Numbered from the stretch's first letter, positions 40,678 to 50,315 are shown. The stretch: 64,000 nt of DNA from Candidatus Saccharimonadia bacterium (GCA_035544015.1 DATKIP010000064.1:2131-66130); one strand, 5' to 3'. The notes: generated by a model from the letters alone, not told the origin. Numbers and translations: made by a program.

Positions 40678-41714
40678 TTCCTTCCGCCATTTTTAAACTT
40701 ACCCTCTGGTACCTGGGTATCATCCTCGTACTCTCGAGTCTTTTTAGTTTGGCATTGTATCGCGAATCGGTGTCCCAAATCACCGAAAACGCCGACCATC
40801 AACGCACCGCCGTGATGCGGCTGCCGCTTCCGGGAGCCTTTGAGCCCCGTCGGACCGAATTCCTCCAAGCGCTCGATCGCCAGCTCGACCTCGACCAGCG
40901 CCGCATCATTTTGCGGCTCCTCGCGCTCAACCTGTCCACCCTGCTGCTCGGCGGCGCGGCTTCGTACTTCCTGGCCCGCCGTACCTTGCGCCCCATCCAT
41001 CACGCCATGGAAGCCCAGGGCCGGTTCACCGCCGACGCCTCCCACGAGCTGCGCACCCCTCTCACCGCCATGCGCTCCGAGATCGAGGTAGCGCTGCGCC
41101 AAAAGCAGCTCACCGCCGCCGAGGCCCGCGAGCTGCTCACCAGTAACCTCGAAGAGATCGCCAAGCTCGAGGCGCTCTCATCCGGTCTGCTGCGCCTCGC
41201 CCGCTTCGAGGGCGGGCTCGATCCCGCGGCCGTCAGCCAGGTGCCGGTGGCCGACCTCTTCAGTGAGGCCATCCACCGCTTCCAGGCCCTCATCACCGAG
41301 CGCAAGCTCAACATCGCCACGGTTACGGGTGAATTAACCGTCGCCGGCGACCGCGACAGCCTCATTGAACTCGTCGCCATTCTGCTCGACAATGCCATTA
41401 AATACAGCCCACCCGAATCCACCATCAGTCTGGGAGCTCAACCGTCGAACCACTTCGTAAGAATGAGCGTGGCCGACGAAGGCGTCGGCATCAAGCCCGC
41501 CGACATTCCCCACATCTTCGACCGCTTCTACCGCGCCGATCGTTCCCGCTCCAAGCACAAAATTAACGGCTACGGCCTCGGCCTCTCCATTGCCAAACGC
41601 ATCGTCGACCTCCATCACGGCACCATCGTCGTCGAGAGCACTCCGGGCAAGGGGACCATGTTCAAAATCAAGCTCCCCGCCGAGTACACAGCCAAGCAAT
41701 CGCTGCTGAGCTAA
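40674..41714 (+). CDS. Sensor histidine kinase
   Basis: Two TMs, ASHELRTPL, LDNAIKYS, DEGVG, FDRFYR, GLGLSIA. Confidence 0.95.
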   Translation: MIPSAIFKLTLWYLGIILVLSSLFSLALYRESVSQITENADHQRTAVMRLPLPGAFEPRRTEFLQALDRQLDLDQRRIILRLLALNLSTLLLGGAASYFLARRTLRPIHHAMEAQGRFTADASHELRTPLTAMRSEIEVALRQKQLTAAEARELLTSNLEEIAKLEALSSGLLRLARFEGGLDPAAVSQVPVADLFSEAIHRFQALITERKLNIATVTGELTVAGDRDSLIELVAILLDNAIKYSPPESTISLGAQPSNHFVRMSVADEGVGIKPADIPHIFDRFYRADRSRSKHKINGYGLGLSIAKRIVDLHHGTIVVESTPGKGTMFKIKLPAEYTAKQSLLS

Positions 41715-41750
41715 AATCTAACCCATCTATCACGAGTCCCCCAAATGGAA

Positions 41751-41814
41751 AGCCCGTCCGGGCGAGGCCTCCATGCCATGCCGAAGCATGGTGGATTGCC
41801 TCGCCCAAACGGGC
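41751..41814. terminator. Long imperfect GC hairpin between convergent genes
   Basis: gcccgt..gggcgaggc...gcctcgccc..acgggc. Confidence 0.55.
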
Positions 41815-41823
41815 GGGTGACGC

Positions 41824-42306
41824 CTAGGTTCCGGCGTCGGCGGTGGAGGGGTCACCGACTGTGATGGTATCGGCGCTGGCGATGTATTTGCCGCCAGTCA
41901 GCCGAACCGACCCTTCCACGGTCACCTTCCGGCCCAACAGATCAGCCAGCCGGACGGGCTTCCCCGCGGAGTCGACGATCTTCGTGGAGTCCGCGAGCGA
42001 GATGGCAGAGCGCCGGTAGGCGTCGGTGAAGTGATAGTGCGCCGCCAGAGCGTCGGCGCGGATGACCGTGACGTCGTTCTGCAGGACCAGGGTCTTGTCG
42101 GATACCGACAGCGTAGTGGCGGTGACCGCGTAGCCGTTGCCGGCCGCAGTGCGATCGTCCGCGCTCCGGTGGGAGGCGGCCGCAGCAAGCCCCCAGGCCA
42201 TCCCCGCTGCGAGGGCCAAGGCGCCCAAACCGCCGAGCACCCCCATCACGATCGTGACCGCGATCGACCCCCGGTCGCCCTTTACTCGTTTCAGTAACCC
42301 GAACAT
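41824..42306 (-). CDS. Membrane-anchored hypothetical with TadE-like leader and OB-fold-like C-terminus
   Basis: GAGGGG SD; MFGLLKRVKGDRG|SIAVTIVMGVL; TKIVD...LADL.GRKVTVEG...ADTITV. Confidence 0.55.
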   Translation of the reverse strand: MFGLLKRVKGDRGSIAVTIVMGVLGGLGALALAAGMAWGLAAAASHRSADDRTAAGNGYAVTATTLSVSDKTLVLQNDVTVIRADALAAHYHFTDAYRRSAISLADSTKIVDSAGKPVRLADLLGRKVTVEGSVRLTGGKYIASADTITVGDPSTADAGT

Positions 42307-42552
42307 GGCCACACCCCTCACTTGAACAAGCACAATGGTGTGCTATCCCAGGACAATTGGTTGACTGCCCCATTCGGATGCAAGAAGCATCAGTATCGAG
42401 TAGCCAGCCAGAATCAGAATTGCAAATTATACAACAGAAATCCTTATTAAGCAATAGAGAGAGAAATCTCATAGCGCAAACTCGCCTTGCTATAAGCATT
42501 TCCTCAGAATTCCCAGCGTAGACTTACCATCAAGCAATCAAGGAGCCTGTTC

Positions 42553-43920
42553 ATGAGTACCGTAACCCGCGGGGTGCGCAACGCCTTCCGCAACGCCGTC
42601 CGGACTTCATCGGTCGTGTTGCTGCTCGGTGTGGCTAGCGCCTTGGCGCTCGCCCTGCTGTTGGCCAATCAGGCCGTTAGGACCAAAATCACCGACCTCA
42701 AACGCAGCGCTGCCACCACGCTCACCGTGCGGCCGGCCGGCTCATTCGACGGCGAGGGCGGGGGAGAGCCGCTCACCACCGCCGACACCGCCAAGCTCAA
42801 GGCCCTGGCACATGTACAGGCTGTTAACCAAACCCTGGGCCTCGGCGGCGGCCGTGCGACATTTAGCGCCGGCGGCCAGGTGGAAGTCCCCACTTCAAAT
42901 GTTAGCCTGGATTCATCCATTGACCCCGGCACCCTGGGCCGCCGCCGGTTTGGCGGCACAGACAGTAGCAATGCGCCCGCGCCCACCTTCAAGCTGCCCG
43001 TGAGTCTCACCGGCATCGACGGCAACCTCGACCGCCAGGGCCAGCCGCTCAAAATTACCTCCGGTACCACCACTTTTAGCGCGCCGGACGCTACCGAAGC
43101 CATCGTGGGGCAGGGGATAGCCACCAAAAACAATCTCAAGGTAGGCTCCACGTTCACGGCCTACAGCACCACGGTAAAAGTCGTTGGTATCACTGACGCC
43201 GGCAACCAGTTTAGCAACGACGCCGTCATGGTGCCGCTCGCCACCGCCCAAAAACTCAGTGGCCAAACCGGCGAGATCAGCGAGCTCTACATTCAGGCCG
43301 ACTCCGTTGAGAACATCGACGCGGTCAAAACCGCCGCCGGCAATGCCCTCGGCTCTGGTCGGGTCGACATCACCTCGGCAGCCCAAAACACCAATGACGC
43401 CGTCGCCGCCCTCGCCGGCATCGAGCGCATCTCCCTGGTGGGCAGCATCGGCGCCATGGCCGCCGCCGCCGTCATCCTCTTCCTCGTCATGGTCATGATC
43501 GTACGGGAGCGCCGCCGCGAGATCGGCGTGCTCAAGGCCATCGGCGCCTCCAATGTGAGCGTGGTGAGCTTGTTTGTGACCGAAGCCCTGGTGCTTACGC
43601 TGTGTGGCTCGCTGCTCGGCCTGACCCTGGCCGCCGGCACCTCAAACCAGATCACCGGCGCACTCATCAGCGCCAACCAGCCGGCCGCCACCGACACCAA
43701 TACGCCGGGTGGCCCGAGGGGCCGCGGCGGGTTCGTCACGCGTATCGGCACCACCGCCCAATCCGCCGAGCAGCTGCTCACCGGCGTTAAAACCACCCTC
43801 GGCGGCACGTTCTTGCTCGAGGGCCTAGCCGTCACCATCGGTATCGCCATCCTCGGCAGCGCCGTTCCCGCCTGGCTCATTGCCAAAGTTCGGCCAGCCG
43901 AAGTAATGCGAGGGGAATAA
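42553..43920 (+). CDS. MacB/FtsX-type ABC permease
   Basis: RNAFRN, large extracytoplasmic loop, VRERRREIGVLKAIGA. Confidence 0.92.
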   Translation: MSTVTRGVRNAFRNAVRTSSVVLLLGVASALALALLLANQAVRTKITDLKRSAATTLTVRPAGSFDGEGGGEPLTTADTAKLKALAHVQAVNQTLGLGGGRATFSAGGQVEVPTSNVSLDSSIDPGTLGRRRFGGTDSSNAPAPTFKLPVSLTGIDGNLDRQGQPLKITSGTTTFSAPDATEAIVGQGIATKNNLKVGSTFTAYSTTVKVVGITDAGNQFSNDAVMVPLATAQKLSGQTGEISELYIQADSVENIDAVKTAAGNALGSGRVDITSAAQNTNDAVAALAGIERISLVGSIGAMAAAAVILFLVMVMIVRERRREIGVLKAIGASNVSVVSLFVTEALVLTLCGSLLGLTLAAGTSNQITGALISANQPAATDTNTPGGPRGRGGFVTRIGTTAQSAEQLLTGVKTTLGGTFLLEGLAVTIGIAILGSAVPAWLIAKVRPAEVMRGE

Positions 43921-43930
43921 GGAAACCACC

Positions 43931-44644
43931 ATGCTCAAAGTCACCCATCTCACCAAAACCTTTGCCTCTGCCGGTCAGTCGGTGCACGCCGTCCATGACG
44001 TCAGCTTCACCGTCGATGAAGGCGTATTCGCCGCCATCGTGGGCAAAAGTGGCTCGGGCAAAAGCACGCTGCTGGCCTTGCTAGGCGCGCTCGATGCCCC
44101 CACCTCCGGCACGATCGAAGTCGGTGGCCAGGACATCACCAAACTATCGGACCGCCAGCTCATCAAATACCGCCTCACCCGTATCGGTTTCGTATTTCAG
44201 GGCTATAACCTCATTCCCAACCTCACCGCGCTCGAAAACGTGATGCTGCCCATGGAGTTCGCCGGCGTCGCGGTGGGCGAGCGCCACACCCGGGCCGGCC
44301 AGTTGCTGGAGCAAGTCGGGCTCACCGAAGCCGAGTACGACCGCAAACCCGCGCGCCTCTCGGGCGGCCAGCAGCAGCGCGTCGCGATCGCCCGAGCGCT
44401 CGCCAATCGGCCCCGATTAATCCTCGCCGACGAACCCACCGGCAATCTCGACTCGGCTACCGGCAAGCTCATCGTGAATTTGCTCCATAGCCTCGCTCGT
44501 GAGCACAAAACCACCATTATCGCTGTCACTCACGATCTCGAAATCGCCCGCCAGACCGACGTCACCCTCACCATTTCCGACGGGCAGCTCATTAAAAGCC
44601 ATCCCCGCCCTCGCACTGCCGCCGGACACCCCAAAACTACATAG
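43931..44644 (+). CDS. ABC ATP-binding protein (LolD-like)
   Basis: GKSGSGKS, LSGGQQQR, LADEPTGNLD. Confidence 0.95.
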   Translation: MLKVTHLTKTFASAGQSVHAVHDVSFTVDEGVFAAIVGKSGSGKSTLLALLGALDAPTSGTIEVGGQDITKLSDRQLIKYRLTRIGFVFQGYNLIPNLTALENVMLPMEFAGVAVGERHTRAGQLLEQVGLTEAEYDRKPARLSGGQQQRVAIARALANRPRLILADEPTGNLDSATGKLIVNLLHSLAREHKTTIIAVTHDLEIARQTDVTLTISDGQLIKSHPRPRTAAGHPKTT

Positions 44645-44691
44645 GCGATTTTATATCACATATGGGTTCAGATTAATATCTTATATGTCAG

Positions 44692-44901
44692 CTAGGGCTC
44701 CCGCCCGTCGCCCCGCCGCTTGGCAATCTCACCGCGCACTCGTTCCAGCAGCCGCTTGGCCCAATCATATTCGCGTGCCCACAGCGCCACCCCCGCCGCA
44801 ATCGCCAGCAAACCAGGGCCGGGCGTCACGAGCATCACGAGCCCGGCCAGCACCAACACGCCGCCACTCACACTCCAGACCGATTTGCTCAATACTGACA
44901 T
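44692..44901 (-). CDS. PGPGW-type small membrane protein
   Basis: GLVMLVTPGPGLL...AREYDWA. Confidence 0.8.
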   Translation of the reverse strand: MSVLSKSVWSVSGGVLVLAGLVMLVTPGPGLLAIAAGVALWAREYDWAKRLLERVRGEIAKRRGDGREP

Positions 44902-44938
44902 ATCCCCATTGTACTCTGTGCTAGGTTATACTATGACC

Positions 44939-45481
44939 ATGTCAAAACGCGTACTCTTTGGCTTGGCCGCGCTGGCCCTCGCCGCCGCGAGCATTTACTT
45001 CCGTGCCGGCAACACTCGCACGGCCCGCCTTCACGCCGATCAAATCGTCGCCGCCGACACTGTCGCGGCCGATACCACCACGCAACTCGCTGCGCTCAAG
45101 ACCTTTGTGGCCGACCACATGGGCGCCTCGGTCACCTTCACGCTCCAGGGCTCCTACGACCGCGCCGTCGCGGCCGCCACAGCCGCCGCCGCTGTCCCCG
45201 ATCCCAATGCCCAGGTGTACGCCGCCGCCCAGAAGGCCTGCAGCGGCAAGAGCGACTCACTCACCCTGGCCCGCTGCAATCAGGCGTATCTGGCTCAGCA
45301 CCTCTCGACCGCGCCTACGCCTGCCCCCGTGCCGGCGCCGCGCGCGGCCGATTACCGCCGCACCTTCACCGCCCCGCTCTGGACCCCCGATCTGGCCGGC
45401 GCGTTGCTTGCTGGTGCGGTCGCCGCCCTCATCCTCGGCAACAAAAGGAGAAAACGCTCATGGCTTCCGAAATCTCACTAA
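44939..45481 (+). CDS. Hypothetical protein with N- and C-terminal TM segments
   Basis: ATG 6 nt behind TATACT; two Cys; FVADHM and WTPDLAG motifs. Confidence 0.7.
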   Translation: MSKRVLFGLAALALAAASIYFRAGNTRTARLHADQIVAADTVAADTTTQLAALKTFVADHMGASVTFTLQGSYDRAVAAATAAAAVPDPNAQVYAAAQKACSGKSDSLTLARCNQAYLAQHLSTAPTPAPVPAPRAADYRRTFTAPLWTPDLAGALLAGAVAALILGNKRRKRSWLPKSH

Positions 45482-46068
45482 CCAAACGGCTGCTGGCCGT
45501 ACTGCTCCCCACGCCGATCCAAGCAATCCTAGCGATTGGCGGCGCCCTCGCCTTTCTGGTCTTCGAGCAAATCGATCAGGTGCTATCGCTCCTGGGTATC
45601 GGTGATGTCGCCCTCAATGCCGCCGGCAGCGAGCTCCATAGCCGGTTCCAGAGCATCCTGACCTCGCAGGTGGCCTCATCGGCGGCGCTCGTGACCTTCT
45701 GGGCCACCATTGGCCTCATCGCCTACCTCGTGTGCTGGAGCCTGTACAACGTGCTCATCGAAGCCCGCAACGAAGTCACCCTCGAAACCCAATACACCAA
45801 CCGCGGCCGCCGCTACACCCACCTCCAAACCCTCGGCCTCAAGGTCCTCGGCGCCGGCCTTCTGCTCGGTCTCGTCGCCCTGCTCAAGCCGGGGCTCGCC
45901 CTCTGGCTGGCCTTGTGGGTGCCCCTTTTGGGGGGCTTCACCGCCATGAGCGTGCTCAATGCCTTCGGCGCTGTCTTGGGCCTAGCCCTACACCTTTATC
46001 TCATTCTGGCGGTCGGTTTATTGACCTTTACCCCGTGGTATCACTCCGAACCCTTTACAGACCGCTAG
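45460..46068 (+). CDS. Four-TM membrane hypothetical
   Basis: AGGAG SD; four hydrophobic segments. Confidence 0.7.
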   Translation: MASEISLTKRLLAVLLPTPIQAILAIGGALAFLVFEQIDQVLSLLGIGDVALNAAGSELHSRFQSILTSQVASSAALVTFWATIGLIAYLVCWSLYNVLIEARNEVTLETQYTNRGRRYTHLQTLGLKVLGAGLLLGLVALLKPGLALWLALWVPLLGGFTAMSVLNAFGAVLGLALHLYLILAVGLLTFTPWYHSEPFTDR

Positions 46069-46166
46069 TTTTGGGCTATAATGCCTGCGTTAATGTTAAT
46101 CCGCCCCGAAGGCGGAATTGTCGTCCCGGCCCCAAAGCTTGGCGATGTAAGTGGAGCCAAGTATAA

Positions 46167-46430
46167 GTGGCCAAGAAACTGTTTGTCGGCAACCTGCCGT
46201 ATACAACTACCAATGAAGAGCTCGGTGAGTTCTTCGCCCAGTACGGAGAAGTTCTCTCCGCCGCGGTAATCATGGATCGCGCCACCGGCCGTTCGAAGGG
46301 CTTCGGCTTTGTCGAGATGACCAACGATCCCGAAGCCGACGCCGCTATCGCCCAGGGCGACGGTGCCGAGTTCGAGGGCCGCAAGCTGACCGTCAGCGAA
46401 GCCCGTCCCAAGACCGAAACTCCTCGCTAA
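46167..46430 (+). CDS. RRM RNA-binding protein
   Basis: LFVGNL (RNP2) and KGFGFVEM (RNP1). Confidence 0.95.
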   Translation: MAKKLFVGNLPYTTTNEELGEFFAQYGEVLSAAVIMDRATGRSKGFGFVEMTNDPEADAAIAQGDGAEFEGRKLTVSEARPKTETPR

Positions 46431-46443
46431 CCAGCGAATCGTC

Positions 46444-46482
46444 CGGTCAAAAAAAGAGCCCCTCGGGGCTCTTTTTTAGTGG
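46444..46482 (+). terminator. Bidirectional intrinsic terminator, copy 1 of a 39-bp direct repeat
   Basis: cggtcaaaaaaagagcccctcggggctcttttttagtgg. Confidence 0.88.
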
Positions 46483-46540
46483 ATTCAATCAGATGCATGA
46501 CATTGTGGTAATATCATACCCCTGAAGGTAAACTAGAATT

Positions 46541-47560
46541 ATGAAGTTTGTGCGACCCAAGAAGGTTGTATTTTGCAACAACAAAGGCGGAGTGGGCAAA
46601 ACCACTCTAGCATTTCATATTGCCGTTGAATTTTCCAAGAAAGGCTACAAGACTGCACTCATCGACCTCGACCCCCAATGTAACCTGACACTTCAGGCGC
46701 TGAGCCACACATTTTACGAAGATAATCTGTTTACCGAGAATCAGAGAACGGTTTATGACGTGCTCAAGCCAAAAATAGACGGTAGCGGCGATATAGACGC
46801 CTCTATTAATCTCACCCATGTGCGGGAGAATCTCTACATTTTACCCGGCGATATCCAACTTTCGCTTTTCGAGAATATACTGATTGCCAGCTATAATGAA
46901 GCCGCCGCAGGCAACCCGCGAGGGTACTCGGACACGAGCGCCATTGATCGCTACCTAAACGAAGTCGGCGCACGCGAAAAAGTCGATATCTTCATTATCG
47001 ATACCTCCCCGAGCTTAGGGGTTCTAAACCGAGTAATTTTCCTGGGGGCGGAATACTTCGTGGTTCCCGTGACTCCTGATAGCTACAGCGTCCAAGGTAT
47101 AAAAAACCTCGGCAGTGTTTTTGAGATATGGAAAAAGCAATGGAACAATACCGCCAAAGCAGCGGTAGTCGCAGGAAGTACGCCCAGCAATCAGGTCCTC
47201 AAGGGTGACGCCCTCTTTATCGGCTATATCTTGAACTCCTTCAATACATACGACAAGAAGATTGTTAAACGACAGCGGGATTGGACAGAAAACATCCCCG
47301 TAGAGGTCAAACAATATCTATCCGAAAAGCACGGCAGAAATGGGCTTGTAGAAAGGAGCTGGAGTACGCCACTTGGCTCGCTGCAAGATTATGGGCAGTT
47401 GCCTGCAATCTCTATGGAAAACCATTTGGCGATTCAGGAATTTGACCGTGCTAAGGTCCCCGAGCTCAATCTTAAGGGCACCAAGGAGCTACAAGAAAAA
47501 GCCGTCATCGAGATCGACGCCGTGAGTGATAGAATAATCAAGGTACTCGAAAGCTACTAG
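46541..47560 (+). CDS. Orphan ParA/MinD-family ATPase
   Basis: NNKGGVGKTT, DLDPQCNLT, IDTSPSLG; lower GC than flanks; no parB adjacent. Confidence 0.9.
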   Translation: MKFVRPKKVVFCNNKGGVGKTTLAFHIAVEFSKKGYKTALIDLDPQCNLTLQALSHTFYEDNLFTENQRTVYDVLKPKIDGSGDIDASINLTHVRENLYILPGDIQLSLFENILIASYNEAAAGNPRGYSDTSAIDRYLNEVGAREKVDIFIIDTSPSLGVLNRVIFLGAEYFVVPVTPDSYSVQGIKNLGSVFEIWKKQWNNTAKAAVVAGSTPSNQVLKGDALFIGYILNSFNTYDKKIVKRQRDWTENIPVEVKQYLSEKHGRNGLVERSWSTPLGSLQDYGQLPAISMENHLAIQEFDRAKVPELNLKGTKELQEKAVIEIDAVSDRIIKVLESY

Positions 47561-47586
47561 AATCCTACTCCGCTGCGAACACACTT

Positions 47587-47625
47587 CGGTCAAAAAAAGA
47601 GCCCCTCGGGGCTCTTTTTTAGTGG
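47587..47625 (+). terminator. Bidirectional intrinsic terminator, copy 2 of the 39-bp direct repeat
   Basis: Identical to 46444-46482. Confidence 0.88.
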
Positions 47626-47638
47626 GCGTGCGGCTGAA

Positions 47639-48151
47639 TTACTTCTGGCCGCTGGCCTTGTAGTCCGCGATGGCCTTGGCCACTTTGCCGTCATTCTTCA
47701 GGTTTTCCCAGAACAACACTTGCTGACGGCTCACGTACATTACATCCTCAGGTCCGTGGAGCTCGCCACCCAGCTTTGCCAGCGAGACCTGCTGGTTGTT
47801 GGCGGCCGCCGCGGCCGAGGTATCTTTGGGCTGCACCGTTTGCTGCACTTGGAGGTAGTAGATGTCGGTACACTTTACGTAGCTGTTATCGACTTTGGTG
47901 AGTTTACAGAAATACACCTGGCCGTTCGTCAAAAACACTGCCTGGTACTGCTTGCCTTTAACGCCGCTGTCGGCCGTCGCTGCGGCGTAGGCTTTGCTGG
48001 CAAACCATCCCAGCACCGTTAGGCCCACTAACACGAGCACTATGGCTACTACTTTGCTCAACATCCCCCCGCCACCACCGCTCTTGCGGGAGACCGCCGG
48101 CACATCGGCCAATCCGTTATCGGCTACCTGTCCTTGTCGTCGTACGTCCAT
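47639..48151 (-). CDS. Single-TM conserved hypothetical protein
   Basis: GGAG SD; YQAVFLTNGQVYF.KL, DIYYLQ, LGGELHGPED, FWENLK. Confidence 0.8.
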   Translation of the reverse strand: MDVRRQGQVADNGLADVPAVSRKSGGGGGMLSKVVAIVLVLVGLTVLGWFASKAYAAATADSGVKGKQYQAVFLTNGQVYFCKLTKVDNSYVKCTDIYYLQVQQTVQPKDTSAAAAANNQQVSLAKLGGELHGPEDVMYVSRQQVLFWENLKNDGKVAKAIADYKASGQK

Positions 48152-48332
48152 ACGAAATCTATCTCCACCTAAACTTAGCGTTAGGATTATGTTACATGAG
48201 CACCAATAGAGTGTCCAGGCCGCGGCGTTCTCAGAATTGGCCCAAATTTTGCTTGGCGCGCGCCTCAACACCGGCTATAATCATAAGGACTATAGAGGTG
48301 ACCGTGAACAGCGTGAAAAGGGCGATCCGCTC

Positions 48333-49148
48333 ATGAAACTGCGCAGATTAACCGGCTTGGCGGTCGCCGCTCTCGCGCTGCTCGCCGCCGCACCGGCGCT
48401 GGCCAGCTTGTCGCAGGGCTATGCCACCACCACGGCGATTGCCGCCGGCAGCCTGGTGTCGCTCGATCCCAAGTCGAGCGGCAGCGTGGTGGTGGCCGAC
48501 CTCAACAACGTCGCCCGCCTCTTTGGCGTGGTGGTGCCGCCGTCGTCGGCCTCCATCTCGCTCAGCGGCACCGGATCCGGTCAGGTGCAAGTCACCACCA
48601 CCGGCAGCGCGCTCGTGCTCGTGAGCACGGCCGGCGGCGACATCCACGTGGGCGATTACATTACCATCTCGCAAATCGCCGGCGTCGGCCAGAAAGTCGG
48701 CACCTCGAGCGCGCGAGTCATTGGCACGGCCCAGGCCGACTTCAACGGCAGCGGTGACGGTGTCACCAAGCGCACCGTCGACGACGGCAGCGGCAAAAAA
48801 GAGGTTGCCATCGGCCAAATCCCCATCGTCATCGCCGTCTCCAGTTACACCTCCACCGACGGCAAGCAATCGTATGTGATCCCCAACTGGCTCCAAAACC
48901 TTTCCAACACCCTCGCCGGCAAGGCCGTTTCGCCCATTCGCATCATTATCGCCGGGCTTATTCTCATCGTCGCCATCATCAGCATTAGCGTGTTGCTCTA
49001 TTCGGCCGTGCGCAACAGCATTATCTCGATCGGGCGCAACCCACTATCCAAGGGCGGCGTCTTGCAGGGCATGTTGGCGGTCGGCGGGTTCGCCTTGTTG
49101 ATTCTGGCCGTCACGGCGGTAGCAATGTATCTGGTGATATCGAGGTGA
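48333..49148 (+). CDS. Secreted beta-domain fused to an ATP synthase subunit-c-like hairpin
   Basis: Signal peptide (PALA), Gly/Val/Thr-rich domain, then TM-SIGRNPLS-TM; first gene of the F1-like operon. Confidence 0.65.
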   Translation: MKLRRLTGLAVAALALLAAAPALASLSQGYATTTAIAAGSLVSLDPKSSGSVVVADLNNVARLFGVVVPPSSASISLSGTGSGQVQVTTTGSALVLVSTAGGDIHVGDYITISQIAGVGQKVGTSSARVIGTAQADFNGSGDGVTKRTVDDGSGKKEVAIGQIPIVIAVSSYTSTDGKQSYVIPNWLQNLSNTLAGKAVSPIRIIIAGLILIVAIISISVLLYSAVRNSIISIGRNPLSKGGVLQGMLAVGGFALLILAVTAVAMYLVISR

Positions 49149-49150
49149 AT

Positions 49151-49741
49151 ATGGAAGTTCTCATTTTAGCAGTCGTAATCGTGATTATGCTCATCGTCGT
49201 AGTGGTGCAAAACGTTCAGCTGCGCGGGGCCACCAAAATTCGGGCCGCAGCCGCCGGTCAGCCCAAGCCCATCAAGATCTCCGAGCCCACCGCCGTCGAG
49301 CTCGAAGCCAAACTAAAAGCCGCCTACGAAGCCAAAATCGCCGAAGCGTCGCAGGGCTTTGGCGTCGACCTCAAGGCCACCTCCACGCGCCTCGGCGAAC
49401 AGGTCTCGCGCCTCACCACCACCGTGATCGAGGAGGAGCTCGAGGCCTACCAGAAGACGCTCGAGGAAGTCCGCCACGCCGCCACCGAGGCCATGGAGCA
49501 AATCCACCAAGCCGTCGAGCACCAGCGCGTGGAGCTCCACGCCGGCATGGAGGCCGAGCTGGCCGAAGAAAAAAAGCACCTGGCCGACAAATTCGACGCC
49601 AAAATCGGCGACGTCGTATCGAGCTATGTTTCCGAAGCCCTGGGCAGCGGCGTTGACCTCGGCGCGCAGATGCAGTTCATTCTCACGAGCCTCGAGGCGC
49701 ACAAAGAAGAAATCCGAAAGGACCTCCTCAATGGCATCTGA
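49151..49741 (+). CDS. Subunit-b-like protein (N-terminal TM plus coiled coil)
   Basis: One TM then a long Glu/Ala-rich helix; occupies the atpF position. Confidence 0.6.
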   Translation: MEVLILAVVIVIMLIVVVVQNVQLRGATKIRAAAAGQPKPIKISEPTAVELEAKLKAAYEAKIAEASQGFGVDLKATSTRLGEQVSRLTTTVIEEELEAYQKTLEEVRHAATEAMEQIHQAVEHQRVELHAGMEAELAEEKKHLADKFDAKIGDVVSSYVSEALGSGVDLGAQMQFILTSLEAHKEEIRKDLLNGI

Positions 49742-50315
49742 ACCAATCCCCTCAACCACCTCCGCTGCACCCGCCATGCCGCCCGTAGCAACCGCGCCGG
49801 TTCCAGCGGCCACCCCCGTAGCGCCCGCCTCTGCGCCACCAGTATTCGAATTACCCCCCGCCATTTACAGTCCGGCGCTGCTCGAATCCGTCATCTACGA
49901 CCTCCAATATTACCTCGACTGGACCCGCCAAAACCAAATCCGCAAAACTGTGGGCGCCAAAGCCAAAGAAGAGCCCAGCCACTCGGCCGAAACCGTACTC
50001 GTCATTAAAGCCTGGCAGGGGAATGCGCCCGCCACCCTCGACAGCCTCGAACAGCTCCTCGCCTACCTGCGCGGGCTCAAATTGCCCGAAATTCACATCA
50101 TGCTAGCCGCCCTACCCAACCACGCACAGCGCGAGACCATCGTGAGTTGGTTCCACGCCAACGTGTCGCCGCGCCTCCTGCTCTCGTTCGTCGCCGACCG
50201 CAACTTGGGCGGTGGGCTGGTGGTGCGCACTCCCAACCGAGTGTTTGATTACACCTGGAAGCAGCAGCTGGTGGCCGGTCGCAGCAAAATGGCGGAGATA
50301 TTAAAACGTGTTTGA
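49731..50315 (+). CDS. atpH: Divergent F1 delta/OSCP-like subunit
   Basis: C-terminal ADRNLGGGLVVRTPNRVFDYTW matches the delta D..L.GG..VR....V.D motif; precedes atpA. Confidence 0.7.
   Translation: MASEPIPSTTSAAPAMPPVATAPVPAATPVAPASAPPVFELPPAIYSPALLESVIYDLQYYLDWTRQNQIRKTVGAKAKEEPSHSAETVLVIKAWQGNAPATLDSLEQLLAYLRGLKLPEIHIMLAALPNHAQRETIVSWFHANVSPRLLLSFVADRNLGGGLVVRTPNRVFDYTWKQQLVAGRSKMAEILKRV

Noticed and set aside
46541-47560. Chromosomal partition parA/soj or plasmid replicon
   Set aside because: Longer than Soj, no parB, parS or rep nearby, atypical composition.
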